Below are positions 46,252-57,325 of a stretch of 57,325 nt of DNA, piece by piece. Location: assembly GCA_963547725.1 (NCBI GenBank), contig CAUUSE010000001.1, positions 1 to 57,325 on the forward strand, written 5' to 3'. This DNA comes from an uncultured Candidatus Saccharibacteria bacterium. Lineage in GTDB: Bacteria; Patescibacteriota; Saccharimonadia; Saccharimonadales; Saccharimonadaceae. The notes under the pieces were generated by a model that saw only the letters and a program-made list of their open reading frames with translations, was not told the origin of the DNA and did no database searches. The first letter of the stretch is position 1, and every line of letters starts with the position of its first letter. The position numbers and the translations under genes are program-made.

Positions 46252-47499
46252 TTACACGTGACGTCGACTGATGAGGTAGGCGACTCCAGCAGTGAGTAGG
46301 GCGCCAAGGCCCAGCCCACCAACGAGCGTGTCAGTGGCGTTACCGGTCCGTGGCAGTTCGCCAACGGTCGTCGGTGCGGCAGGTGGGTTGGTGGTTTGTG
46401 TGCCGCCCGAGGCTGAAGGTGACTGCTGATTATCATTGGTCGATGGCTGCTTCGATTGGTCTGGCGTTTTTGGTTCAGGCACCGGTGTAGTTGGCCGAGT
46501 CGGAGTTGCCGGTTGGGTCGGTGTCGGCTGTTTCGGATCGGTCGGTGCTGGTCTTGGTTGTGGCGTTGGCTGTGGTTTTGGCTGTGGAGCTGGGGTCTGC
46601 GGCTTGGCCACCTCTATAGTAGCACCACTGCAGTTGTTATGGCCCTCGAGCGAAATTTGATCACTCTTGATGCAGGTTGTACTAGTCAGTGTGCCCGCGA
46701 CATATTGCTTGACAATAGCGTCGACAGTAAATGTTTTCGATTCATTTGGCTTGAGCTCACCAATCAGCGTCTGCCAGGTATTATTTTGAATTGTACCAGC
46801 GGATGCCTTTAGGTAGGCTACCCCTTGTGGTGCGGTATTGGTAACATACGTGTCATGTATAGTGGCGGTCCCTGTGTTGGTAACGGTTACTCGGTAGGTA
46901 AAGGTCTTATTGACGGTGACTTTTTTGTGCTGCGCGCCATCAACAGTAGTTCTGACGGCAAACCCCAGTGTAATTTTTGGTGGTTTATCTGGGATTGGTT
47001 CAGGTTTCGGATCAACTGGTTTCGGAATTGGCGTTGGCTTTGGTTTTGGATCCGGTGTTTCGCCAGGGACTGTGGCCTGCTTAGCGCAGGCATCGCTGGT
47101 CACCATTTCTTCTTTACCATTCACATCAACGACAATAAAGGCTTTGACCGTGTATGTGCCCGGTGTGAAGCCCTTGAATTCGTTACCAGTTTGATACACC
47201 TCTTTACCCTTAGCATCGTAGACCTTGTAGATCGTCGTTTTATATGTCGCACCATCACGGGCAGCGTACTTGACTGAAAACTTGAAATTAGTAGCTGAAA
47301 ACTGATCAATACTGAGCGCATTACAACGATAAACTGGCGTAGGTTTCGTATTCGTCGGTGTTTGCGTATTGGTATTAGTCGAATGATTGGAATCTAGTGC
47401 CCATAATGTGGTTGGCACTACTGTCGCTACCGCAACCATCGCTAGAACTGCATAGTGGCGCAGTGACAATGAGCGGAATAGTGATGACAAATTTCGCAT
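46252..47499 (-). CDS. LPXTG-type surface protein with Ig/DUF11-like domains and Pro-rich linkers
   Basis: Signal peptide; FTYRVTVTNTG (DUF11-like); C-terminal LPRTG, TM and RRH tail. Confidence 0.82.
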   Translation of the reverse strand: MRNLSSLFRSLSLRHYAVLAMVAVATVVPTTLWALDSNHSTNTNTQTPTNTKPTPVYRCNALSIDQFSATNFKFSVKYAARDGATYKTTIYKVYDAKGKEVYQTGNEFKGFTPGTYTVKAFIVVDVNGKEEMVTSDACAKQATVPGETPDPKPKPTPIPKPVDPKPEPIPDKPPKITLGFAVRTTVDGAQHKKVTVNKTFTYRVTVTNTGTATIHDTYVTNTAPQGVAYLKASAGTIQNNTWQTLIGELKPNESKTFTVDAIVKQYVAGTLTSTTCIKSDQISLEGHNNCSGATIEVAKPQTPAPQPKPQPTPQPRPAPTDPKQPTPTQPATPTRPTTPVPEPKTPDQSKQPSTNDNQQSPSASGGTQTTNPPAAPTTVGELPRTGNATDTLVGGLGLGALLTAGVAYLISRRHV

Positions 47500-47622
47500 A
47501 ACTTCCTCCTTTATCCTCGTAACTCTACGTAGAATACACCAAAATGATGAAAAAGTCAATTTTCGCATGACTGGATAGCTAGACATAATATTATCAATCT
47601 GCTACAATACGATCTGTTTAAT

Positions 47623-47697
47623 GGCCTCATCGTCTAACGGTTAGGACACCAGGTTTTCATCCTGGCAATCGGAGTTCGATTCTCCGTGAGGTCACCA
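47623..47697 (+). tRNA. tRNA-Glu(TTC)
   Basis: ccagg-ttttcat-cctgg; CCA end. Confidence 0.95.
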
Positions 47698-47843
47698 ATA
47701 CTTATAAGGATAGTTATCCCGTTTGAATTTGCAGTAGCTCGCTCAGTTTTGATAGCGAGCTATTTTTGTTGACGTCAAAACGTAAAAATACTCTGGTATA
47801 ATAGACAGTAGGATACTTCAAAAAGAAAGGGGAAAATCCTCGA

Positions 47844-48641
47844 ATGACAAAGACGACGGCCATAAAGAATGAACCCAAGAAACAAGCTGCATCTTCACCA
47901 GAGCGTAACATTCGATGTGAGGCGGTCATTATTATTGAGGCGGCAATACTTGTTTGTTCAGCAGGGGTGTTCATAGGTCAGCTGCCGCTATTCTTTCGAA
48001 ACCTTCAGGATATGCCGTTAGTACTGGCTGTCATTGGCGTAGCTATCGCATCACTCCTCGTTCAAGGTCTCATTGTCTTGAAGCAGTCCCGTCGAACTGA
48101 CCAGTACCGACAACGAATCGCTGCGCTCGCTATGACTGTGGTGTATCCGGTGGTGCAATTTATTGTGTTAGCACAATTTTATGTCTTTCAGGTTGGCCCA
48201 TTTAGCTCAGCGCTTCGAGAAGCTACCCGTACGATATTTAGTGCTACACTGGCCTTTAATAACTCGCTCCCGGCTATCTTGTTTATGGTGGCGTGTACGA
48301 CTATTGGTTCACTGTGGCTATGGAAGATTATCATAACACCTGAGGGGGTATCATATTGGCAGCCACGTCCAGCCGACCAGCTATCTGAGGCGGAGAAAAT
48401 TAAGCAGGAGCGGGGACTGCGTTATCGCAAGATTGGCGTGACCTTGATGGTGCGAGTGCCGTTCGCACTCATATGTGCGTTCATACTTGTCGTGACACTG
48501 TTGTATATTGCTCCTGCTACCATTCTCTTTGCGATGATTATGGCGATGTCTGCGGTGCTGCCATATGCAGTCATTTTGAGCTTTGTTGTTGGGCTGGTGT
48601 ATATGCTAAAGGGTGAGGTGTATTACAGGGTAAAGCATTGA
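47844..48641 (+). CDS. Hypothetical multi-pass membrane protein
   Basis: ~6 TM helices; promoter TTGACG..TATAAT upstream. Confidence 0.7.
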   Translation: MTKTTAIKNEPKKQAASSPERNIRCEAVIIIEAAILVCSAGVFIGQLPLFFRNLQDMPLVLAVIGVAIASLLVQGLIVLKQSRRTDQYRQRIAALAMTVVYPVVQFIVLAQFYVFQVGPFSSALREATRTIFSATLAFNNSLPAILFMVACTTIGSLWLWKIIITPEGVSYWQPRPADQLSEAEKIKQERGLRYRKIGVTLMVRVPFALICAFILVVTLLYIAPATILFAMIMAMSAVLPYAVILSFVVGLVYMLKGEVYYRVKH

Positions 48642-48667
48642 CAAATTATGAGAGGATCGCGTATAAT
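48638..48667 (+). promoter_or_regulatory. Consensus sigma70 promoter
   Basis: TTGACA-18 bp-TATAAT. Confidence 0.8.
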
Positions 48668-48866
48668 GGAAATAAGCTTGCGTTCATACAGGGTATACGC
48701 CGTGTAAGCGCGCGGGCCTACCAGAACGGTCGCACGGATGCGGAAAACTAATCGTTTAGCAATATCAACTAATTATTAGGTCGACAATGCATCCTGTTCT
48801 TGTGCGAGAAGAAAGACTCAGTACGGTAGTCAGCGTTGATGGAGACATTGACACGGGAGAAGCGTT

Positions 48867-49997
48867 ATTCGTAACCAAGCATCTGCCCATCGGGGCAAAA
48901 AACTCAAGCTAAGCGCAATATCGGCGTATGGCGGAATCTTTCTATTAGTTATTTCATTTCTGGCACTAAGTTATCAGACAGGTGGCGTCGCTAGTCAGCA
49001 GGGCTCAGTCTCGGCCTCTCAGCCAGTCGCACCGTCTACTGGTGTGACACATGAGACAAATAAGGTTTCAGTAGATCAACTGGCGGCTGCTAATGCGGTA
49101 ACCGATCTGGCTGAGACGGTCAATCTGCCAACTGCCGGTGATTTACGTGAAGCGACGGCAACGCTGTCAATCAAAAAAGAGTTGGCTCAGGGTGATACGG
49201 AGGTTATTTCTAAGCCACAGATTATCCAGCCTGAGAAATCAGCTCAGCGCGGCATCAAGACTTATGTCACTAAGCAGGGCGATACAATTGACTCGATTGC
49301 TAAGAAGTTTAATGTGACGGCCCAGACGGTGCGCTGGGCGAACAATACGACATCTGATGCGGTTGAAGCTGGCAAAACATTGATTATCCCGATGGTTGAC
49401 GGCGTGGTCTACACTGTTAAGGACGGCGACACCATCGAAAAATTGGCAGAAAAGTATAAAGCAAATCCTGAACGAGTGGCATTGTATAACGACTTGGCAA
49501 ATGGGGCGGCACTAGCCAAAGATACACGAATTGTTCTGCCGGGTGGCGTATTGCCAGAAAATGAGCAGCCAGGTTACGTGGCGTCCCGCTCTGGCCGTCG
49601 GGGCTATGCAGGGCGGACAACGGGCGGCGCAGTCAGTGGTATCAGCTATGGTTACGCTCGAGCATCAGTTGGCAACCGATACGCTCTTGGCAACTGTACA
49701 TGGTACGTGTACGAGCGGCGGGCAGCACTTGGTCGACCAATTGGTAGCTTCTGGGGCAACGCGACGTCGTGGGCGGCAAGTGCTCGGGCGGCAGGTTTTG
49801 TCGTTAATCATACACCGGCACCAGGGGCAATCTTCCAGACGACATGGGGCGGTGGCGGTCTTGGTCACGTCGGTATGGTTGAGCGGGTTGAAGGTGGCAC
49901 GATCTACGTTAGCGATATGAATTACGCTGGGTATAACGTCGTGACGCATCGAACGATCCCGATGTCTGAGGTTGGTCGGTATAACTTTATTCACTAG
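48867..49997 (+). CDS. LysM-LysM-CHAP peptidoglycan hydrolase (probable ATT start)
   Basis: Two LysM (YVTKQGDTIDSIAKKF; YTVKDGDTIEKLAEKY); CHAP (GNCTWYV, WGNA, GHVGMVE, SDMNY); signal-anchor encoded upstream of called GTG 49044. Confidence 0.88.
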   Translation: MRNQASAHRGKKLKLSAISAYGGIFLLVISFLALSYQTGGVASQQGSVSASQPVAPSTGVTHETNKVSVDQLAAANAVTDLAETVNLPTAGDLREATATLSIKKELAQGDTEVISKPQIIQPEKSAQRGIKTYVTKQGDTIDSIAKKFNVTAQTVRWANNTTSDAVEAGKTLIIPMVDGVVYTVKDGDTIEKLAEKYKANPERVALYNDLANGAALAKDTRIVLPGGVLPENEQPGYVASRSGRRGYAGRTTGGAVSGISYGYARASVGNRYALGNCTWYVYERRAALGRPIGSFWGNATSWAASARAAGFVVNHTPAPGAIFQTTWGGGGLGHVGMVERVEGGTIYVSDMNYAGYNVVTHRTIPMSEVGRYNFIH

Positions 49998-50013
49998 GAT
50001 GCTCTAAGGCAAT

Positions 50014-50047
50014 AAAGCGCCTCCGCTATCTCTCGGGGGTGCTTTTT
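50014..50047 (+). terminator. Intrinsic terminator
   Basis: aaagcgcctccg...cgggggtgcttttt. Confidence 0.65.
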
Positions 50048-50049
50048 GA

Positions 50050-51378
<1,329 letters not shown>

Positions 51379-51419
51379 TAGGTTTGGGTGTCATCTCGTA
51401 GCTTTGCTATACTATAGGT

Positions 51420-52835
51420 ATGGCGCAAACATTTTTCTTCTACGACCTCGAGACGAGTGGATTAAATCCACGGCAAGACCGCATCATGCAGTTTGCTGGG
51501 CAGCGGACGGACATGAATCTCGAGCCGATTGGTGAGCCGTATAATCTATTGGTGACGCTGAATGATGATACGTTGCCGAGTCCTGATGCACTAATGGTGA
51601 CTGGCATCACACCGCAAAAAACGGTTGAAGAAGGTTACACCGAGGCGCAGTTTGCCCGGATGTTGAGTGAGGAGATTTTTACGCCGGACACCATCGCGGT
51701 TGGCTTCAATAATATTCGGTTTGACGACGAATTTATTCGTCATTTGTTGTGGCGCAATTTCCATGATCCGTACGAGTGGAGTTGGAAAGACGGTCGCTCA
51801 CGTTGGGATTTGCTGGATGTAGTTCGGCTGACTAGGGCACTGAGGCCGGAGGGAATCAAGTGGCCGCTTGATGCTAAGGGTGAGCCAAGCAACCGCCTGG
51901 AATTGATTACCAGCGCCAACGGTATTGCGCATGAGAATGCTCACGACGCTCTAGCGGACGTGACAGCGCTGATTGCCGTGACGAAATTGATTAAGCAAAA
52001 GCAGCCACAGCTGTATGATTACTTGCTAAAAATGCGTGACAAAAAAGCAGTCCAACAGCTGGTCAACGTGGATGACAAAAAACCGTTTGTTTACGCCAGC
52101 GGGCGCTACGATAAAGAATTTGCTAAAACTACAGTGGCCTTTCCACTAACAACCAGTCGAAACGGCGGTGTGGTTGTCTATGACCTGCGATATGATCCGA
52201 CACCATTTGTTGGGTTGAGTGCGGAGGAGTTGGCGAAGAAAATATTTGCGTCGTGGGAAGAGCGCCAGGCCGAAGATTTCGTTAAATTGCCGGTCAAAGA
52301 GTTGCAGTACAATCGCTGTCCGGCGGTAGCGCCGCTGGGTGTACTGGAACAGGGCGATGGCTGGCAGAAGATTTCGCTTGATCTAGAGACGGTGCAAAAG
52401 CATCAAAATATACTGCTGGACAACCCGGACTTTGCTGAAAAATTGCGCAGTATTTTTGAAAACAAGCCAGCGTTTAAGAAACTGCCTGATCCAGAAGCGC
52501 AATTGTATGATGGCTTTTTGAACGACCGTGATCGTATCCGTGTCGAAGCGGTGCGCAATGCCGATGAGCGCGAGCTGGCTGATTTTCATCCAGAGTTCCA
52601 AGATGAGCGTTTGGCGCCGCTGCTACTGCATTACAAAGCGCGCAACTTTCCGCGCTCGCTCAGCGAAGATGATCTAACGCAGCGGGAAGCGTGGCGGGCT
52701 CGGCACTTGCAGGCGCAGCTACCACAGTTCATGGCGTCTCTGCAGCGGTTAGCGCCGACAGCGACTGATGAGCAACAGTTCATCTTGCAGGAATTGCAGC
52801 TATGGGCAGAGGCAATATTGCCCACCGAGGACTAG
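51420..52835 (+). CDS. sbcB: Exodeoxyribonuclease I
   Basis: FYDLETSG, DRIMQFAGQRTD, GFNNIRFDDE, SRWDLLD, AHDALADV, QLYDGF. Confidence 0.94.
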   Translation: MAQTFFFYDLETSGLNPRQDRIMQFAGQRTDMNLEPIGEPYNLLVTLNDDTLPSPDALMVTGITPQKTVEEGYTEAQFARMLSEEIFTPDTIAVGFNNIRFDDEFIRHLLWRNFHDPYEWSWKDGRSRWDLLDVVRLTRALRPEGIKWPLDAKGEPSNRLELITSANGIAHENAHDALADVTALIAVTKLIKQKQPQLYDYLLKMRDKKAVQQLVNVDDKKPFVYASGRYDKEFAKTTVAFPLTTSRNGGVVVYDLRYDPTPFVGLSAEELAKKIFASWEERQAEDFVKLPVKELQYNRCPAVAPLGVLEQGDGWQKISLDLETVQKHQNILLDNPDFAEKLRSIFENKPAFKKLPDPEAQLYDGFLNDRDRIRVEAVRNADERELADFHPEFQDERLAPLLLHYKARNFPRSLSEDDLTQREAWRARHLQAQLPQFMASLQRLAPTATDEQQFILQELQLWAEAILPTED

Positions 52836-52836
52836 G

Positions 52837-53805
52837 ATGCGGTACTTAATTTATGGTGCGGGAACAATCGGTCTGACATATGCACATTTATTAGCGGCGC
52901 ACCATGACGTGGATGTACTAGTGATGCCTGAGCGGTATGAAGAGGTGTCGCAAGGCGTGCCACTTGCTATAAAGGATTTGCGCCAGCGTGACAATACGTA
53001 TCAGTCGACAGTATTTCACCCGCAGTGCGTCACGTCGCCAGCAGGTTATTACGACGTTATATTAGTAACAGTTAATCGCTGTCAACTTCAATCGGTACTA
53101 CCGGTGCTAGCAAAGTATCAGCCGAAGGCTAGGTGGATTGGATTTATGCAAAACAATTGGCATCTGGCTGGTGAGGTTGATCAATATATATCGCCTGATG
53201 ATTATTTTATCGCCTTTCCTTCCAGTGTTGGCGGTGGGCGTGATGATCATGGCATAAAGGTTATTGTCTTTCCGACACCGACGCGGGTTGGTGGCATAAA
53301 GGCGGGAGCAAAGTTGTTTATGCAGCATTTAAAAGAGGCTGGTGTGGCAACTAGCTATGATGCTCATCTGCTTGATTGGATGAAGGTTCATTATCTCCAG
53401 CAGTCAGCGACCGCTGGCGCCATAGCTAGCAGCGGTAGTTTCTCGGCATTAACGCACGACCCAGGGGCGATTCGACGGCTAATTATGGCACTTCGTGATG
53501 GTATGTCCCTATGTCGTCATCAAGGTGTTGCAGTGTGGCGAGTTTTCCCCCTTAATGTATTATCAATAATGCCACTAAGGGTGGCAACTCCGATAATGCA
53601 GCATGCACTTCAACAGCCTGATGTTGTTGATATGGTAACAGGTCATATGAAGCACGGATTTGGTGAATGGCTGGCTGGATATGACGAGGTGCTAGCTGAG
53701 GGGAGGCGATTGGGCATCCCGATGACAGCGTGGCAATTATATAATTCGGCTGTTCAGCGCTATAAGTCGACTGCTTTGGCAGAGAAACAAATAGCAGCTG
53801 GGTAA
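52837..53805 (+). CDS. Ketopantoate reductase (PanE/ApbA) family oxidoreductase
   Basis: YLIYGAGTIG, YDVILVTV, FMQNN. Confidence 0.75.
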   Translation: MRYLIYGAGTIGLTYAHLLAAHHDVDVLVMPERYEEVSQGVPLAIKDLRQRDNTYQSTVFHPQCVTSPAGYYDVILVTVNRCQLQSVLPVLAKYQPKARWIGFMQNNWHLAGEVDQYISPDDYFIAFPSSVGGGRDDHGIKVIVFPTPTRVGGIKAGAKLFMQHLKEAGVATSYDAHLLDWMKVHYLQQSATAGAIASSGSFSALTHDPGAIRRLIMALRDGMSLCRHQGVAVWRVFPLNVLSIMPLRVATPIMQHALQQPDVVDMVTGHMKHGFGEWLAGYDEVLAEGRRLGIPMTAWQLYNSAVQRYKSTALAEKQIAAG

Positions 53806-54008
53806 AAGCCGGCCGCTTCGTGGTTACATTGACGCTAAACATCCACTTATCATCACAGGCACTTGGTATCAATTATTGGCGTGAGTTGGCGGCGGATATT
53901 GGTGAGCACCGTTTCGCTACTTGGGATAGTCTGGGTGCAAGATGAGGCAAAGAGCAGAAGCTGACGTTATAGAAACAGATCAGATTGAATAAGCGAGGCA
54001 TAGCGTAT

Positions 54009-54428
54009 TTAATTTGTTGCGACAGCTAATCGCGCAGTTGACTGATCATCCGCTTTCGTAGCAGTGTCAGTGTGTGTCACGTAGCGTTGGGTTACCACTA
54101 ACCACGCGGCAACCATCGCTAGACTAACCTGTTGCGTTGCGGTGTGACGAGCTCGTGCTGCCAGGCGGACCTGTCGGTTGATACGGCGCTGATCAAATCG
54201 TCCTAGTATCTCGATACCGCTCCAGAATGCAATGCTGATTGATTTAGCCCAGATAATACATGCTGGTACAATGATCATCCAAAAGCTCATCATGACAATT
54301 GCCGGTAGAGCAATATTAGTAAATGGGAGTTTACCAATGGTTATGAATGAAAACCACTCTTCACGAGTCAGGTAAAACAAGGTTGCGACGGCAACGGCGA
54401 TTCCACAGATGACCACAAACCTCTTCAT
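54009..54428 (-). CDS. Hypothetical membrane protein
   Basis: TM helices; FITIGKLPFTNI; TATAGT 7 nt before ATG. Confidence 0.6.
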   Translation of the reverse strand: MKRFVVICGIAVAVATLFYLTREEWFSFITIGKLPFTNIALPAIVMMSFWMIIVPACIIWAKSISIAFWSGIEILGRFDQRRINRQVRLAARARHTATQQVSLAMVAAWLVVTQRYVTHTDTATKADDQSTARLAVATN

Positions 54429-54574
54429 GTCTTTTACTATAACAGCCGATCCTTATATTTGCAATCATAAGCATAATATGTTGCTAAAAGTACAGCAAAG
54501 CATGATGTCAAGGGAGGTCACCTCACTCCCCGCGGCTGGAAAAATAAACGCCTATTCGGTATAATAGATCAGAT

Positions 54575-57325
54575 ATGCCAGAGGTAATTCGCGTCAAGGG
54601 CGCTCGTGAACACAATCTAAAAAATATCGACGTGGAAATTCCGCGCGATAAATTAGTGGTGATCACTGGCCTGAGCGGCAGCGGTAAGTCGTCGCTGGCG
54701 TTTGACACGATTTACGCCGAGGGCCAGCGCCGCTATGTCGAGAGTCTGTCGAGTTATGCGCGGCAATTTTTAGGCATTATGGATAAACCAGATGTTGATA
54801 ACATCGAGGGGTTGAGTCCGGCAATTTCAATTGACCAAAAGTCAACCAGCCGCAATCCGCGTTCGACCGTGGCGACGGTGACCGAGATTTATGATTACCT
54901 GCGCCTCTTGTTCGCACGGATTGGTACGCCGCATTGTCCAGCTCTCAAGCCAGACGGTACGCGCTGCCATAAACCAGTGTCGCGCCGTACGGCCGAGGCT
55001 ATTATCCAGGAGATTGCTAAGCAATATGAGGGCAAGCGATTGCTGCTGCTCGCACCAATTGTCAAGAATAAGAAGGGCGAGTTTGCGCACATTCCAGAGC
55101 AGTATCGGCGGCTAGGCTACGCCCGGGTGCGCGTGGATGGCGTGGTGTATGCACTGGATGAGTTTCCGCAGTTACAGAAAAGTTACAAGCACAGTATTGA
55201 GTTAGTGGTTGATCGCCTGGCAATGAACAATGACCTAACTAGCCGGTTGAGCCAGAGCGTCGAGCAGGCTCTGGAGCTTGGCCAGGGTGTGGTTGAGGTA
55301 CTGGATGCTGATACGGATGAATTAAAGACATTCTCGCAGCGCTATGCCTGTATTGATCATCCGGATGAGGAGATCCCAGAGCTTGAGCCGCACCTGTTTA
55401 GTTTTAACGCACCGCAAGGGGCCTGCCCGAGTTGTACTGGACTTGGTAGTCGACTGGAAGTCGATCCTAGTTTAGTACTAAACGAGAATCTGACGATTGC
55501 TGAGGGGGCGATTCGACCGTACAACCGGATCAATGTTGATAATTTTTACATGCGCAAGATTTCGGCAGTAGCTGAGGCGCATGGTTTCAGTATCCGGATG
55601 CCGGTTGGGCAGCTGTCTGATGAGGCACGCCACAAGGTACTGTACGGTACCGGTGATCAGAAATATCCAGTGCAGCTTGGCAACGGACGGTATTATGATG
55701 CAGTGTATGAAGGGGTGATTCCGAATCTGGAGCGGCGCTGGAAAGAAACCGATAGCGAATTTATGCGCAAGGACATTGAGCGGTTTATGCGCCAGCGGGA
55801 TTGTTATGTTTGCGGCGGCGCGCGGCTGAAGCCGGTCGTCCTAGCGGTAACGGTGCAGGGGTTGAATATAATGGACATTTGCGACCTTGGCGTTGATGAC
55901 GCGCTCGATTTGTTCACTCACAAATTAACATTGAATGAGCAGCAGGCGATGATCGCCCGGCTTATTTTGAAAGAGATTACAGCACGGCTCGGGTTTATGA
56001 GTAATGTCGGGCTAAATTATTTGGAGTTAGGGCGCGCCGCCAATACACTGAGCGGCGGTGAGGCGCAGCGAATTCGCCTGGCAACGCAAATTGGTAGCGG
56101 TTTGCAGGGCGTGCTATATGTGCTGGATGAGCCGTCGATTGGCCTGCATCAGCGCGATAATGATCGGCTAATTGCCACCCTAAAACACCTGCGTGACCTT
56201 GGTAATACGGTGCTGGTAGTCGAACACGACGAGGATACCATTCGGCAGAGTGACTTTTTGATTGACATGGGCCCAGGCGCTGGTGTGCATGGCGGCGCGG
56301 TGGTGGCGCTGGGTGCGCCAACTGAGGTGGCTGAATGCACGGATAGTATAACCGGGCGGTACCTATCGGGCGTAGAAAAAATTGCTATACCAAAACATCG
56401 CCGCCAGGCTGATTCTAGTCGTCAGCTGATCGTTCGCGGCGCTCGCGAGAATAATTTGAAACAAATTGATGTGGCATTTCCGTTGGGCCTGATGACAGTG
56501 GTGTCGGGTGTCTCAGGTAGCGGTAAATCAACCCTAGTTAATGATATTGTCGCCAAGGAATTAGCAGCACGGCTCAATCGAGCCAGTGATGTACCGGGTG
56601 CACATGACAAGATCGAGGGCGTGAAACAGTTGGATAAGGCTATCGTCATCGACCAGTCGCCAATTGGCCGTACACCGCGCTCTAATCCAGCGACCTACAC
56701 TGGTATTTTTACGCCAATTCGTGAGCTATTTGCTAGCACCCCTGAGGCTAATGTCCGCGGCTATAAAGCGGGTCGGTTTAGTTTTAATGTCAAGGGAGGC
56801 CGCTGCGAAAATTGTCAGGGCGACGGCATGATCAAGATCGAAATGCATTTTTTGCCGGATGTCTATGTCCAGTGTGATGAGTGTCACGGTCAGCGTTACA
56901 ATCGTGAGGCGCTGGAGATTAAGTATAAAAATAAGACGATTGCTGATGTACTCGATATGACGGTCGAGCAGGCGGCGGAGTTCTTTGATAGTGTGCCTAA
57001 TATCGCCCGGAAATTACAGACACTGGTCGAAGTCGGTCTTGGTTATATTAAGCTCGGTCAGCCAGCAACCACCTTTTCGGGCGGCGAGGCGCAGCGTATC
57101 AAGCTAGCGACGGAGCTTTCAAAGCGTTCGACGGGCAAGACGATGTACATTCTGGATGAGCCGACAACTGGGCTACATTCTGCAGATGTTAAGCGATTGC
57201 TGGGGATTTTGCAGCAGCTGGTTGACGGCGGTAACAGCATGATTATTATTGAGCACAATCTGGATGTGATTAAATCGGCCGACTGGATTATCGATATGGG
57301 GCCTGAGGGTGGTCTCGGCGGCGGT
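54575..57325 (+). CDS. uvrA: Excinuclease ABC subunit A (3' end outside window; absent from the ORF track)
   Basis: [69 protein letters not shown]; ends [12 protein letters not shown] in the same frame. Confidence 0.97.
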   Translation, partial: MPEVIRVKGAREHNLKNIDVEIPRDKLVVITGLSGSGKSSLAFDTIYAEGQRRYVESLSSYARQFLGIMDKPDVDNIEGLSPAISIDQKSTSRNPRSTVATVTEIYDYLRLLFARIGTPHCPALKPDGTRCHKPVSRRTAEAIIQEIAKQYEGKRLLLLAPIVKNKKGEFAHIPEQYRRLGYARVRVDGVVYALDEFPQLQKSYKHSIELVVDRLAMNNDLTSRLSQSVEQALELGQGVVEVLDADTDELKTFSQRYACIDHPDEEIPELEPHLFSFNAPQGACPSCTGLGSRLEVDPSLVLNENLTIAEGAIRPYNRINVDNFYMRKISAVAEAHGFSIRMPVGQLSDEARHKVLYGTGDQKYPVQLGNGRYYDAVYEGVIPNLERRWKETDSEFMRKDIERFMRQRDCYVCGGARLKPVVLAVTVQGLNIMDICDLGVDDALDLFTHKLTLNEQQAMIARLILKEITARLGFMSNVGLNYLELGRAANTLSGGEAQRIRLATQIGSGLQGVLYVLDEPSIGLHQRDNDRLIATLKHLRDLGNTVLVVEHDEDTIRQSDFLIDMGPGAGVHGGAVVALGAPTEVAECTDSITGRYLSGVEKIAIPKHRRQADSSRQLIVRGARENNLKQIDVAFPLGLMTVVSGVSGSGKSTLVNDIVAKELAARLNRASDVPGAHDKIEGVKQLDKAIVIDQSPIGRTPRSNPATYTGIFTPIRELFASTPEANVRGYKAGRFSFNVKGGRCENCQGDGMIKIEMHFLPDVYVQCDECHGQRYNREALEIKYKNKTIADVLDMTVEQAAEFFDSVPNIARKLQTLVEVGLGYIKLGQPATTFSGGEAQRIKLATELSKRSTGKTMYILDEPTTGLHSADVKRLLGILQQLVDGGNSMIIIEHNLDVIKSADWIIDMGPEGGLGGG

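Noticed and set aside
46430..47060. Short tandem-like repeats as a CRISPR array or non-coding VNTR
   Set aside because: They encode Pro-rich linkers of the LPXTG protein; no repeat-spacer structure or cas genes
48668..48866. c-di-AMP (ydaO) or c-di-GMP riboswitch call
   Set aside because: Their conserved sequence blocks were not recognisable by eye; kept as an unnamed structured leader
53806..54008. 200-bp gap as an ncRNA or gene remnant
   Set aside because: No convincing stem, promoter or recognisable peptide found by eye
54523..57258. Short ORFs listed in this region
   Set aside because: Shadows of uvrA, which the track missed because it runs off the window end

Overview
A 57-kb, gene-dense chromosomal window, most likely from a Saccharibacteria (TM7/Patescibacteria) genome. 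That call is inferred from gene content: type IV pilus genes, MurT/GatD, a short TsaB, a membrane-anchored Clp-type ATPase and widespread leaderless-style promoters. It runs from the 3' end of aspS to a uvrA gene cut by the window edge. It holds a pilB-pilC-pilMNO operon, tsaE/tsaB, rny, gpmA, murT/gatD, murB, five prepilin genes, glyA, an HTH-murA fusion, glgP, folD, obgE, sbcB and eight tRNA genes. Main points of interest: (1) two convergent major-pilin genes share an exact 140-bp inverted repeat around divergent C-terminal halves, a candidate invertible pilin switch with no adjacent recombinase; (2) a receiver / SAM-methyltransferase / 7TM-histidine kinase trio resembles phcBSR-type quorum sensing; (3) a 2.7-kb decayed island at tRNA-Pro is bounded by ~60-bp direct repeats, has GC-rich cargo and carries a small membrane peptide with a switch-like leader; (4) a ~190-nt structured leader and probable ATT start precede a LysM/CHAP hydrolase; (5) a compact 6S-like hairpin lies before rny. 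No CRISPR array, rRNA, transposase or integrase was seen. All calls were made by eye, without database searches.
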